Shown here: positions 10,590 through 21,094 of the stretch, piece after piece
How the letters are laid out: every line of letters begins with the position of its first letter
Position numbering within the stretch: position 1 is the first letter of the stretch
DNA from: Octopus sinensis
Taxonomy: Eukaryota
Assembly: GCF_006345805.1 (NCBI RefSeq)
Contig: NW_021836787.1
Span: 1-22,725, forward strand
DNA length: 22,725 nt
Reading direction: 5' to 3'
Notes under the pieces: model-generated
What the model was told of the DNA's origin: nothing
The model's input: only the letters and a program-made list of their open reading frames with translations
The model's database searches: none
Made by a program: the position numbers and the translations under genes

Positions 10590-11110
10590 GAGTCAACAAG
10601 AAGGAGCACGGTTGGACATTTAACTTTTTGATCGCTTCAAATTGTTTTCACGCAACTTAGTTCTCCACCCGTGCAGGTATATGATTATGCAACTATTTAC
10701 TTGCATAATGAGATCTAGTTGGTTTTCCTCGGTCGATAAGTAAATATTGTCTCCGTAAGTTCCCATTCCTTGCTTCAAGGACGTCCTCACTCTGTCGTGG
10801 TCTAAATTTAATAGTGGTCACTGAGTCTATCGTGGTGTGTTGTTTTTGACTGGTGGTCAGGCGGCCAGGGTTTGATACCTGGCATAGGAACGCATGTTTT
10901 TCACTGGTGGTTCTATAGCATGTCCGCAGCCTCAAGGCTGAAACATATAAAAAGATAAAAGAATATCGCTTGAGGAAAACCCACTGGAACTCATAATGCA
11001 GGGAGATAGTGGCATAATCAAATACCTGCACGCCTGGACAACTACGTTGCGTGGAAACAATTGTAGCGATTAAAAAATAAATGTCCAAATGTACCCCTTC
11101 TTGTTGACTC
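10590..11110. mobile_element. MITE-like element with ~150-bp inverted arms
   Basis: gagtcaacaagaagg...ttggacattta...cacgcaac.tagtt...gtgcaggtat.tgattatgc...gttttcctc (10590-~10739) matches the reverse complement of ~10962-11110. Confidence 0.8.
10788..10961 (+). mobile_element. Degenerate tRNA(Glu)-like SINE nested in the MITE spacer
   Basis: gtggtcta..gtgg (interrupted box A), gcggccagggtttgatacctgg (T-arm/box B-like), tail ggtggttctat...cagcc/ggctg hairpin-gaaacatat and (aaaagat) repeats. Confidence 0.45.
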
Positions 11111-11291
11111 TAAATTTTTTCAATTATCTTTTCCTACACGAAAGAAGCCCAAGCGCAAACCTGGAAGAACGTGTGATACTACCAATGGATGGTACAGGGT
11201 GAATTCTGATGGTGGACAAGCTTTTATTCTGTACTCTAATACGTTCTTAATAAAATATCTATATATATATACATATACATACATACATGCA

Positions 11292-11352
<61 letters not shown>

Positions 11353-11740
11353 GGCGCAGGAGTGGCTATAGGCGCAGGAGTGGCTGTGTGGTAAATAGAT
11401 TGTTTACCAACCACATGCGTGGCATCTTAGGCAAGTGTCTTCTACTATAGCCTCGGGCCGACCAAAGCCTTGTGAGTGGATTTGGTAGACGGAAACTGAA
11501 AGAAGCCCGTCGTATATATGTATATATATGTGTGTTTGTGTGTCTGTGTTTGTCCCCCTAGCATTGCTTGACAACCGATGCTGGTGCGTTTATGTCCTCC
11601 GTTACTTTGCGGTTCGGCAAAAGAGACCGATAGAATAAGTACTGGGCTTACAAAAGAATAAGTCCCGGGGTCGAGTTGCTCGATTAAAGGCGGTGCTCCA
11701 GCATGGCCGCAGTCAAATGACTGAAACAAGTAAAAGAATA
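11353..11740 (+). mobile_element. SINE family A copy with a duplicated 5' end and a box B deletion
   Basis: taggcgcaggagtggct occurs twice; the ggttccgggttcagtcccact of the 3076 copy is absent; the remainder aligns. Confidence 0.9.
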
Positions 11741-12529
11741 TATATATACATCAAGCTTCGGCCGTAGCAAGAACACCATTATTATCAGCATCTTCTTCAC
11801 CTTTGTCGAGGCATTTCTAACGTAAGAAAGACAGAGAAGTCTACATACCCAAGAATGCAGCAGACCACAACCGATAGTGTTTTCATTCTTGCAAAAAGAC
11901 AAACTATTATTTATCATAAATCATAATTGCACACGAGGATATCTTAAACGTAAACAAGTTCGTTATCCCTGCTCTAACTTCACTCCAATGCTCCTATGCT
12001 ACCACTCTGAACACAACGGCCGACTGCTGCATACGTATTGACAGTTCTTTGCACCTCGTCACAAGATATTAGATCACAAGCTATCGTTTGCAATTTTTCT
12101 TTTTAATATTCATAGAAATATCCGACATTATCGACTCAAATGATTTGTTTGTCACCATGGTGCGAAGAAAACTATGTCAATCTTTTTAAAATATAATATC
12201 TCTCTACATTTATATAGACACATTTACGTATGAAATATGACCGTGTGTGCACTTTTACATTAATATAAAAACCACAACGTCACAAACACACACACACACA
12301 CACGCGCATACACGTATGTATATGTGTGTCTGTGTCGACCCGGGGAAGCAGCTGAAATTCCAAGAATCTGCTGCCTCAGCATCATTAATTGCCGGATATG
12401 GTGTTGAGCTGAGAAGCAGAGAAATACGGTGCTCGATTAAAAATCTTTTCCCTGGAATGAGCGTATTGTGGATGCAAATGTGAGTAAGGGAAGTTAACAT
12501 AAGTATTAGGATTGATATTTTTCAATAAA

Positions 12530-12600
12530 AACACTTCAAGGCCTTGCTCCAGCATGGCCGCAGTCGAATGACTAAAACAAATACAAGATAAAGGACAACA
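12530..12600 (+). mobile_element. SINE family A-related 3' tail fragment
   Basis: cttcaaggccttgctccagcatggccgcagtcgaatgactaaaacaaatacaagataaagg matches the family A tail. Confidence 0.7.
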
Positions 12601-13735
12601 GTCAGACACTTTTACTGATATTTCACTAATATTTTAGTGCACCAGCGCTCTAGGGTCTGTCTCTAAGATAACTATCGGAGTAGGGCGTTGATTAGTCAGG
12701 CATTGCCGATGCGAAAGCTTAGTATTTACAAGTGCCTATCTGAAAAGACACGTTTCTCCAGTGTCCATTACGCTTTAGAAGCTTTCTCAGACTTCAACTT
12801 ATATGCAGCATTTAGGGAACAATCCCCAGGTACAGCGATGCCGAGAAACAAAAACAAGTCGCGTACATTGAAACTTCTCCCATGAACAATACATCTCTTT
12901 TGGGGATAAGTGTCAACATGACCGTTTATTTTCTTCGGGTTTATTTACAGCAGAAATGCGATACAGCCACGGAGGAAGTTCAGTATTTTCCACATATCCT
13001 GTTCCGAATAAGCCTCAAAATCTCAAGCGTCAGTATAGAACGAGCAAATAACGAATAAATGTGTATTCACGTCCTTCATGCATACTTCTAATGGGAAACG
13101 TTTAGGGTTAAAGTATACAGCTATGTATGTGAGAGAAGTAATTGCGTTATTATTGAAAAATTATTTATATTTGGAAAATGATATTTTCCCATGTAGAAAA
13201 AAGAAATAAGTCTGAGTAGGGGGTATATAGCTATAGGAATAAAAAAATTTCATTTGAACAAAGAAAGCATTTTTTATTATTTATTCTATAAGAAGACACT
13301 GAAATATATTTCATTTAATATTAAAATTGATATTATTATCCTTAAATTCCCAGATAAATTTAACTTAGTCCTGTCGAGTTAGATTTATGTTTATTTCTAA
13401 ATGTGTATAGGTGGGGAGAAATACGATTTTTTAAAAATTTCCTTTTCAGTAGTTCAAATGTAATAATATTTATTTTCTAGAGTTTTAACTCTACATGGAT
13501 ATATTATGCTTTGTATTTTGCATGTGTTCTTAAATAAACAATTATTTCTAATCCCACAGTAACAATTAATATAAGTATTATTATTTATATGTGTATTTGA
13601 TGACGGAGTGTTATATATCATTGTAGTGCTGTTTCTTCGGGTGCAGTTGTTAGGAGTTGTATTATTATAATTACCAGATTTAATTCCAATAGAATGTGTG
13701 TTGTGTTCAAGGCAGTTAAAGCAGTTGCTATTATA

Positions 13736-13965
13736 TGCGAGCTGGCAGAAACGTTAGCACGCCGGGCGAAATGCGTAGCCGTATTTCGTCTGCCGTTAAG
13801 TGTTCTGAGTTCAAATTCCGCCGAGGTCGACTTTGCCCTTCATCCTTTCGGGGTCGATAAATTAAATACCAGTTACGCTCTGGGGTCGATGTGATCGATT
13901 TAATCCCTTTGTCTGTCCTTGTTTGTCCCCTCTATGTTTAGCCCCTTGTGGGTAGTAAAGGAATA
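13736..13965 (+). mobile_element. tRNA-derived SINE, family B (octopus-type)
   Basis: gcgagctggcagaaacgttagcacgccgggcgaaatg head, gagttcaaattcc box B, central gtcgactttgcccttcatcctttcggggtcgataaa, A-rich end. The central domain is shared with 16855-16995. Confidence 0.85.
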
Positions 13966-14417
13966 AAAAATATATTATATGTGTTTCTATTTAAGTAGGG
14001 TTTGTCGAGCTTCTTATTGTTTATGGAAGATATAATAGTAGATTAGTTGTTGGTTAAACTACATCCAATATTGATAGTTTAATTATTAATTATTTCATAT
14101 CCATTATTAATAATAAAATGTTTATTAATAATTATAAAAATTGATTTAACTAAATTATTTTTCATTTGTTAGCAAATTGGGTTATTAACCAAATTTTATT
14201 AGGTCTGTCTATATTATTATTAATTATAGGTGTACGATTATCTATTTTATATTTATTATATTTAAAGGATTTTGGGTTATCTTTACGATGTTCATTAAAA
14301 GTACAAGTTATTTCATTATTATTTAATTTATCTTTATTATTTGGTGTAGTGTACATATTTTAATTTTATTGTTATAGTTATTATGTTTAGCATTTTAATA
14401 CTAGTTATGGTTAACAT

Positions 14418-14515
14418 ATTATTATTATTACTATTATTATTATTATTGGTAGTAGTAGTAGTAGTAGTAGAAGTAGTAGTAGTAGTAGTCTTAGTAGTAG
14501 TAGTAGTAGTAGTAT
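14418..14515. repeat. (TAT)n/(AGT)n microsatellite inside the PLE fragment
   Basis: Direct reading. Confidence 0.95.
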
Positions 14516-14710
14516 TGTTATCATTTATTTTTGTTTTTCATTATTAGTGGGGTTGTAAAAATTTTTATATTTAATTTGCATTTAATTGTGTTATTATTTA
14601 TATTATTACTATTACGTATTGAGTATTTTATTTTATCTTTATATCCAGCATTAAGTAAAGCAATATTATATTGGTTTATGTGTTTGTTAAATATATCCTC
14701 ATTAATGTTC

Positions 14711-14839
14711 GCCAAATTCCATTGAGCGAACGTTAATAAACATGTAGTCAAAAAATGTTTCTAATTTTTCCTTTCCACAAACTACATGGCACATGTGTTT
14801 GGAAGAACCATAAAAGAAAATCGGTTTATTAAAATGTTC
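14711..14839 (-). repeat. 129-bp insertion in the PLE ORF; homologous to 16642-16775 (+)
   Basis: attttaataaacc...atgtagtttgtggaaagga..aattagaa.catttttt...gttcgctca.tggaat.tggcgaa is present in both, in opposite orientations. Bounded by aatgttc at 14704-14710 and 14833-14839. Confidence 0.75.
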
Positions 14840-15059
14840 ATACATTTGGAAGATAGATATGTTATTCTTTTTTTACTAATATTATATATAAGTGCGTTTT
14901 TTAGTGATCTTGGATGGTAATTTGAAAATGTATGTATTTTAAATTACAGTAATTTCGATTATCCCAAAGTGGTGAATTGTAGCTCAATATATATATATAT
15001 TTCGTTTTTGGATTTGCTTTGCAAGATTCTTTATATGAGTTCGTGTGTTGAAGCATATT

Positions 15060-15276
15060 CTGTTGTGTCTGGGGAGAATCATTCTCTTTTAGTACCTTAT
15101 TATTTAACACACTCACCGGTAAAATTTCCACTTATTTCTTATTTTTATTTTCAATAGTCAAGACTATTGAAAAGGTTGCAAGACGCAAAGAAAAGTTTAG
15201 AAAATAAAAATAAGAAAAAGTGGAAATTTTACCGGTGAGTGTGTTAAATAATAAGGCACTCTCCCCAGACACAACA

Positions 15277-15277
<1 letters not shown>
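15060..15277. repeat. Fold-back element (pLTR-like)
   Basis: ctgttgtgtctggggaga...ccttattatttaacacactcaccggtaaaatttccactt.tttcttatttttattttc is mirrored at 15200-15277; central 12-bp hairpin ttttcaatagtc/gactattgaaaa. Confidence 0.85.
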
Positions 15278-15317
<40 letters not shown>

Positions 15318-15321
<4 letters not shown>

Positions 15322-15633
15322 TGAGGGTACTACTATTCGTAGATACCAACACGCTAAGAGGGACCAATGCGGTCAAAACTACTAAAAATAAACAAAATAT
15401 TACCGAATGCAAAACTTCAAAACACATCATTTTAAAAAAGAATTCAGTTACATATCACATGTGATTTCGCATTTAATGCAGAATATGCATTTCATGTTCA
15501 TCAGTGCATCATTTAAAAAAATGATGTGTTTTGAAGTTTTGCATTCGGTAAAATTTTGTTTATTTTTAGTAGTTTTGACCGCATTGGTCCCTCTTAGCGT
15601 GTTGGTATCTACGAATAGTAGTACCCTCAATAT
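15318..15633. repeat. Fold-back with 116-bp arms (15318-15433 / 15518-15633) and an HHR in the spacer
   Basis: Arms differ at one position by my reading (aaaatattaccg vs aaaattttaccg). Confidence 0.92.
15447..15510 (-). ncRNA. Minimal type I hammerhead ribozyme
   Basis: Minus strand gatgca CTGATGA a-cat-gaa-atgca-tattc-tgcat-taa-atg-c GAA ATCACATGTGAT A tgtaac. Canonical core, palindromic stem III, AUA cleavage triplet, stem I tgca/tgta; A-C mismatch at 10.1/11.1. Confidence 0.7.
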
Positions 15634-16439
15634 TTTCAAAGAGGAAGATTTACGGATTTTTTCTCTTACGAGGTTTTTCACGCTGACTACTGATAATTCT
15701 TTTAAGATTTTATCCTCATTGTTAATATATATATACATATATATATATAAGATAAAAAATAAAAATATATACTCCTTGTATAATTTCAATATATTTGAAA
15801 TAATTTATATTGTGTTTGTTGACCGTTTTCTCTTTCGCTAATCGTCTCATTGAGATTATTGTAATTTCTTATTTTCTTAACAAGATTTTAGTCTATGTTG
15901 TGCGTGGATAGGGCAGGTAATACTTCATCTTTTAGGGAGGAGATAAATATACACAAAACTTCAAAAGCTAAATATGCAATGATGCGTAAATGATCTTGTA
16001 TTGAAATATATACTGAGATCAAAGCTGGTTTTGCGTTCACATTCAGACGTTTTCAGTATTTTTTTAATTAAAAAATTTCTTTATTTAAACCTTCTTAGAT
16101 AGAAATTGTTTCTTTGCACTAAAACATGGTGAAAATTGTGAAGTTTGGTTGGATATCACCTGCACATCTCTCTATATGTACACACACACAAACATACACA
16201 CACACACACACCACGCAACATATATCATTTGAATAAAGTTAAAACATGGTCTGGTTTTCCCGATTGTTAATATAGTATTTTAATATTAAAAAATATTTTT
16301 AATGTGCATAAAGTTTAATTGGAGCTTTCATGCACAGAGTAATCATCAGATTTTAAATTTGCTTGACTGACAGTTGAGTTTGTTGACAACTGTAGTACCT
16401 CTTAGAACGTTCCAACAAACTGAATTTTTAGAATACGGT

Positions 16440-16521
16440 TTAGACCAATCCGCATGCATCTTAAACCAATCGCATGCATCAGGTTTGCAATCCTTAGACC
16501 AATCCGCATGCATCAGGTTTG
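16440..16521 (+). repeat. Short tandem repeat, 3 copies of ~21-bp ttagaccaatccgcatgcatc
   Basis: Direct reading; aggtttgca follows copies 2 and 3. Confidence 0.85.
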
Positions 16522-16854
16522 CACAGGTATAACTATATTCTGAAATTTGTTTATATTCACATATTAGAGATATTTTTGAACCACATCATTAACTCGTTGT
16601 TATATTATTGTTGCTATTTCCGTTCAGAATCTGTTTCAACATTTTAATAAACCCTTTTTTCTTTTATCTTTCTTCCAACCTGACTTGTGTCATGTAGTTT
16701 GTGGAAAGGAACAATTAGAATCATTTTTTGAAAACATGTTTTAATATGTTCGCTCAGTGGAATCTGGCGAAATTGGTCTACCGGATTTGTTGTGGGTAGA
16801 CTCGTGAGCGTCTTGATAATGCATTCTCTGTTTCGCTTATATATAGTTCCTCGC

Positions 16855-16995
16855 AATTCCACCGCAGTCGACTTTGCCTTTCATCATTTGAGGATTGATA
16901 AATTTAATATCAGTTGCGTACTGGGATCGATCTAATCGACTGACTCCCTCCACAGCAATTTCGGGCTTTGTGCCCAGAATAGAAAATATTATTAT
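16855..16995 (+). mobile_element. SINE family B-related fragment (5'-truncated, different tail)
   Basis: attccaccgcagtcgactttgcctttcatcatttgaggattgataaa...tactgggatcgatctaatcgact aligns with the centre of 13736-13965. Confidence 0.75.
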
Positions 16996-17172
16996 TCGCA
17001 CACTCGGCAATCGTAAAATATTAAAAGAACTTTTTTCAAATTATCGTCCTTCGATACGAAAAATTCCACAACCTTCAGTCTCAACAAAGCACTATTGTCC
17101 CCCGAGAGTTTTTTTTATATTTATTGCTGATTGCTTGAAGCTAACTTTCTTCATTCATCTCGAACCTTCGAT

Positions 17173-17217
<45 letters not shown>

Positions 17218-17255
17218 GTATATGTAAATGTATATAATCCTATATATATATATAT

Positions 17256-17289
<34 letters not shown>

Positions 17290-17322
17290 ATTCACATATA
17301 ATATATATAAAAAATATATATA

Positions 17323-17379
<57 letters not shown>

Positions 17380-17380
17380 A
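17173..17380. repeat. (TA)n-rich microsatellite
   Basis: Direct reading. Confidence 0.9.
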
Positions 17381-18839
17381 TGGCAAGAGAAAGAATTTCT
17401 ACATCAAAACCAATCGTATAATGTTTCACCCGTGACCGATCTATGCACGATGGGTCAAAATGATCTTTGTAGGCAATAAAGTATCTCGTATACTTCATGT
17501 TCCGTCTCACTATTTGCTATGCATATATACACATACACACATGCACATACACAGCTGTATGTGTTTGTGTGTGTCTATACGTACATTTGCTCTTGAACTT
17601 GCTGGATTAAACATTATATTGTAATGTAGTTACTAATTAATTTTATTCTAGACTATTAGCTAACATTTGACGTAAAATATATTTTAGTGACCGGGGTATG
17701 TTTTACACTAAATTATTACAAATAATACAAGTTCTATAATATTTATTTAGATATATTATAGGATTTGATATGTTTCTAATTTAAACGTTAAAATCTCCTT
17801 AGGTAGAGCATAAGATATCTTCATTTTACTTTAGGTATCTAATATTTTTCAAATATATTTGTAATTTTTATTTTAATATAATTTTTTAATTTGTAATTTT
17901 CAACTTTCCCCGTACATAATAATATACGAAGCCTGGGGACGCACTGGCAGATTTATGTATTAAGTATAGCCTTACTACACACCCCACTAGTGCAGAAAAA
18001 CGTGTAGCGATTACTAGTACTACCTTCTTTCCCCACAGATTAATAATAGGTAAGATATATTTATTTAACTAAATTTATGCAATGTTATTTTAATTATTGT
18101 ATTTGATTTAATTTTCTCTGCGTATACCATACCAAGGGTTTATCGTGAATAGGTGTTTATCGGTAAATATCCCAAATTTGTAGTAATATAAATATATATA
18201 TATATATATTTACACACACGTATATATACACACACACACATATATGCATATATTGTATGTATGTTTTTATGTATGTGTGGTATGTGTGTATATGCCTTTG
18301 TGGATATATATTCTCTAAGGAATATTTGATATTCCAATATATGTTCTATAAATTTAAACATTCTAAAATTGCAATGATAAAATCTACAAGCATTCTTATT
18401 CAAAATTATTTCTTGTATTTGATTTATTTTATGTTATCACCACTCATGCACATACAGACACGTTTCGTGTGTTACAATACCGCAGTGTCGATAGCATCAT
18501 ACAAAATTGTATAAAGCACAATCGTTCTTCGAATTTATTTACTGTTTTACTATTCCGTATATATTTCACACGTTCAACAATATTCTACATCACATACACG
18601 CAAAATGAAATAGAATTATAATAGCTTTTTGAGACACTCAACGTATATTACGTCATGTAATATCTCATAGATGCGCCTAATGTAATTTTATTGCAATAAC
18701 TTTCGCAATATTTGATAAATATTGCGGTAAGAAAAGCAATTGTGTTTCCTATAAGAGGTCCCTTGCAGTATATAATATTTCACGGTAACACATTTAAAAG
18801 AATTGCGATATTATTTCTAGGTAATAATCTGAGTCTTGC

Positions 18840-18888
18840 GTATGTATATGTATATATATATATATATATAATATATATATATATGTGT

Positions 18889-18930
<42 letters not shown>

Positions 18931-19069
18931 CGTATATAGATGTACACACACACATATATATATACATATATACATGCATATATTTACTTGTATATATTTG
19001 TACATATGTATATATATATATTTACATATACATGTATACATATGTATATATATTTATGCATACATGTAT

Positions 19070-19115
<46 letters not shown>

Positions 19116-19200
19116 TGTGTATGTGGGTGTGTGTGTTTATGTGTATGCATACATGTCTGAATGTGTTGTATATCTGTGGATGCGTGTGCGTGTGCATTTA
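18840..19200. repeat. Compound (TA)n/(TG)n/(TACA)n microsatellite
   Basis: Direct reading; source of several spurious ORFs. Confidence 0.9.
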
Positions 19201-19529
19201 TGTAACTTTCCTTTCATTTCATACATATATAAAGCAGATAGAAATGTGTAGCAACACCATGCACCCAGGCAGCCGAAAATATTAACTATGACAAATTCAT
19301 TTATACTTAAAAAGGTGCCATTCTTTTCTTCGCTCTGCAGATTGTTTTAAGATTTATTGCATTCACAAGAATAGTTGTGCCGCATATCCAAAATGTAGAA
19401 GGCTTTTTTCACCGTTTGTATTTCACTCTTAATTAGGCCATCTACAATAAAGTCTTCATTTCTATTCACTATGTTTTATGTATTATAAAGGCATACACAC
19501 ACGCACACGCTCCTTTATTATCCTAATTC

Positions 19530-19735
19530 AAGGATGACCCCTTTGAAAAGCTTTCGGCGAACATATCGACTCCGATTATGTATTGTTCTTAAGCCTGGTA
19601 CTAATTCTATCGCTTTCTTGTGCCGAGCAGCTAGTTCTCGTGAACCTAAACCATCCAGCACCAGTTGTGAGTGAGGGGGCAAACACAGACAATGACAAGA
19701 GAGATAAAAACGTATATACACGCACACACACGTTC
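19530..19735 (-). mobile_element. Old diverged family A-related SINE body
   Basis: Reverse complement tgtctgtgtttgcccc...acaactggtgctgg...ctcggcacaagaaagcgatagaattagtaccaggctta...gagtcgatatgttcg aligns loosely with the family A body. Confidence 0.6.
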
Positions 19736-19872
19736 AGGAAAACCTGCGCTACATATATAATCAGCATTCGAATATGAATAATTGGGTACACTACCAGCAG
19801 TTGGTTGCTTTTCCAACGTCTAAGTCTCACAGAAATATATATATACATCCTACATCTATACGTACATACATA

Positions 19873-19922
<50 letters not shown>

Positions 19923-19970
19923 TATATAAATTATAAGTATATGAAAGATTGAACGACTAGTTAACAAATA

Positions 19971-20059
19971 TCTTTATCTCGACATATGTTTCGAAGGCTG
20001 CATATTCCTAATAAGAATAAGGAGTACATTATGCAGATTTCTCATCAGGAAAATCAAGG
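19971..20059 (-). ncRNA. Minimal type I hammerhead ribozyme (left, minus strand)
   Basis: ccttgattttc CTGATGA gaa-at-ctgcata...tatgcag-cc-ttc GAAAC ATAT GTC gagataaaga; canonical core, palindromic ACATATGT, GUC site. Confidence 0.8.
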
Positions 20060-20315
20060 TACATATCGACATCAAAATGCACAAAAAACTTTTAGCTGAC
20101 CGCTCTCATAGCCCTGCGATATGATGTCTCTTATAAGGAGTGACGTCAAAATGCACAAAAAACTTTTAGCTGACCGCTCTCAAGGAGCCCATGGCGATAA
20201 GAGTGTATCTTTATAAAGAGTGACGTCACTCCTTATAAAGAGACACTCATTATCGCCATGGGCTCCTTGAGAGCGGTCAGCTAGTTTTTTGTGCATTTTG
20301 ATGTCGACATAAGTA

Positions 20316-20406
20316 CCTTGATTTTCCTGATGAGAAATCTGCATAATGTACTCCTATTCTTCGGATTAGGAATATGAGCCTTCGAAACATATGTCGAGAA
20401 TAAAGG
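20316..20406 (+). ncRNA. Minimal type I hammerhead ribozyme (right, plus strand)
   Basis: ccttgattttc CTGATGA(20327-20333) g...c GAAAC ATAT GTC | gagaataaagg. Stem I has 10/11 pairs, G-C at 10.1/11.1, extended stem II, predicted cleavage after C20395. Confidence 0.85.
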
Positions 20407-20621
20407 ATATTTGTTAACTAGTCGTTCAACTGCATTCTTTCATATACTTATAATTTTAAAATAAATATACAAATTTCCGCACGAAGACACGTAGTCTATG
20501 CCCTAGTGACGTAGCTTCAACCGTGTTCTTTCTGATGTGAATTTGCTACCCAGGTATCTGTTATCTTTCGAATTATCCTCAATAAGATAATTCATTCAAC
20601 TACTCAAATATATATATATGT

Positions 20622-20809
20622 GGAGGCGCAATGGCCTAGTGGTTAGGGCAGCGGACTCGCGGTTTCGATTCCCAGACCGGGCGTTGTGAATGTTTATTGA
20701 GCGAAAACACCTAACATCTCCACGAGACTCCGGCAGGGGGTGGTGATCCATGCTGTACTCTTTCACCACCCTTTCTCCCACTCTTTCTTCTGTTGGCCTG
20801 CTCGCTTAG
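20622..20809 (+). mobile_element. tRNA-derived SINE, family C (octopus-type), 3'-truncated
   Basis: ggaggcgcaatggcctagtggttaggg (box A), ggtttcgattccc (box B); the spacing between boxes is shortened, implying an internal deletion. Confidence 0.8.
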
Positions 20810-20850
20810 TAGTGATGGTGATGGTGATGGTGATATTTATACATATATAT

Positions 20851-21094
20851 ATAAGGGTTTTTTGCAACAAGTTGCTTAAACCACATACCAAAAATATTAG
20901 AAATAGCAGTCAAAGGGCTACTATTTCTTTTACTACAAAAATAAGTCTCCACAAACAACAGTATTTGTAACTCACATAAGGGTTTTTTTGCAACAAGTTA
21001 CAAATACTGTTGTTTGTGGAGACTTATTTTTGTAGTAAAAGAAATAGTAGCCCTTTGACTGCTATTTCTAATATTGTCGGTATGTGGTTTAAGC
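20851..21094. repeat. Fold-back with ~99-bp arms (20874-20972 / 20996-21094); the spacer duplicates the left flank
   Basis: Arms are near-perfect reverse complements; ataagggtttttt(t)gcaacaagtt occurs at 20851 and 20976. Confidence 0.92.

Larger units (their letters stand above)
13990..14975 (-). pseudogene. Decayed Penelope-like element ORF fragment (RT C-terminus and linker)
   Basis: Minus-strand translation across frameshifts: KYIH / SNYHPRSLKN...RITYLSS, [insertion], NEDIFNKHINQYNIALLNAGYKDKIKY, [simple repeats], RPNKIW, IINKHF, TINIGCS, IISSINNKKL. The motif order matches PLE YIH-SNHP-LSS-EIF-AL..GY-IW-KHF-IISSHN. Confidence 0.7.
19928..20456. repeat. ~530-bp palindrome (inverted pLTR-like pair) with a 74-bp tandem duplication in the left arm
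   Basis: Centre gagtgacgtcactc (20218-20231). Arms mirror out to aaattataagtatatgaaaga / tctttcatatacttataattt. tcaaaatgcacaaaaaacttttagctgaccgctctca occurs at 20072 and 20146. Confidence 0.92.

Noticed and set aside
12935-13060. Acceptor-like tttatttacag followed by a short open frame; also the donor-like site near 11820
   Set aside because: No matching donor or homology; such motifs are common by chance in AT-rich DNA.
15407-15841. 144-aa and 113-aa ORFs over the 116-bp fold-back
   Set aside because: No domain similarity recognised; they run into simple repeats.
17600-17880. Possible second, older PLE ORF trace on the minus strand (PRSLKY)
   Set aside because: Only one short motif with many stops; cannot be told apart from AT-rich noise.
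18440-18515. Minus-strand ATGATGC...GAAACGTGTC as a decayed HHR
   Set aside because: The core is too degenerate and the stems are not supported.
20530-20595. CTGATGTG...CGAATT as a hammerhead
   Set aside because: Core mismatches at A9 and GAAA, and no stem II or stem I.
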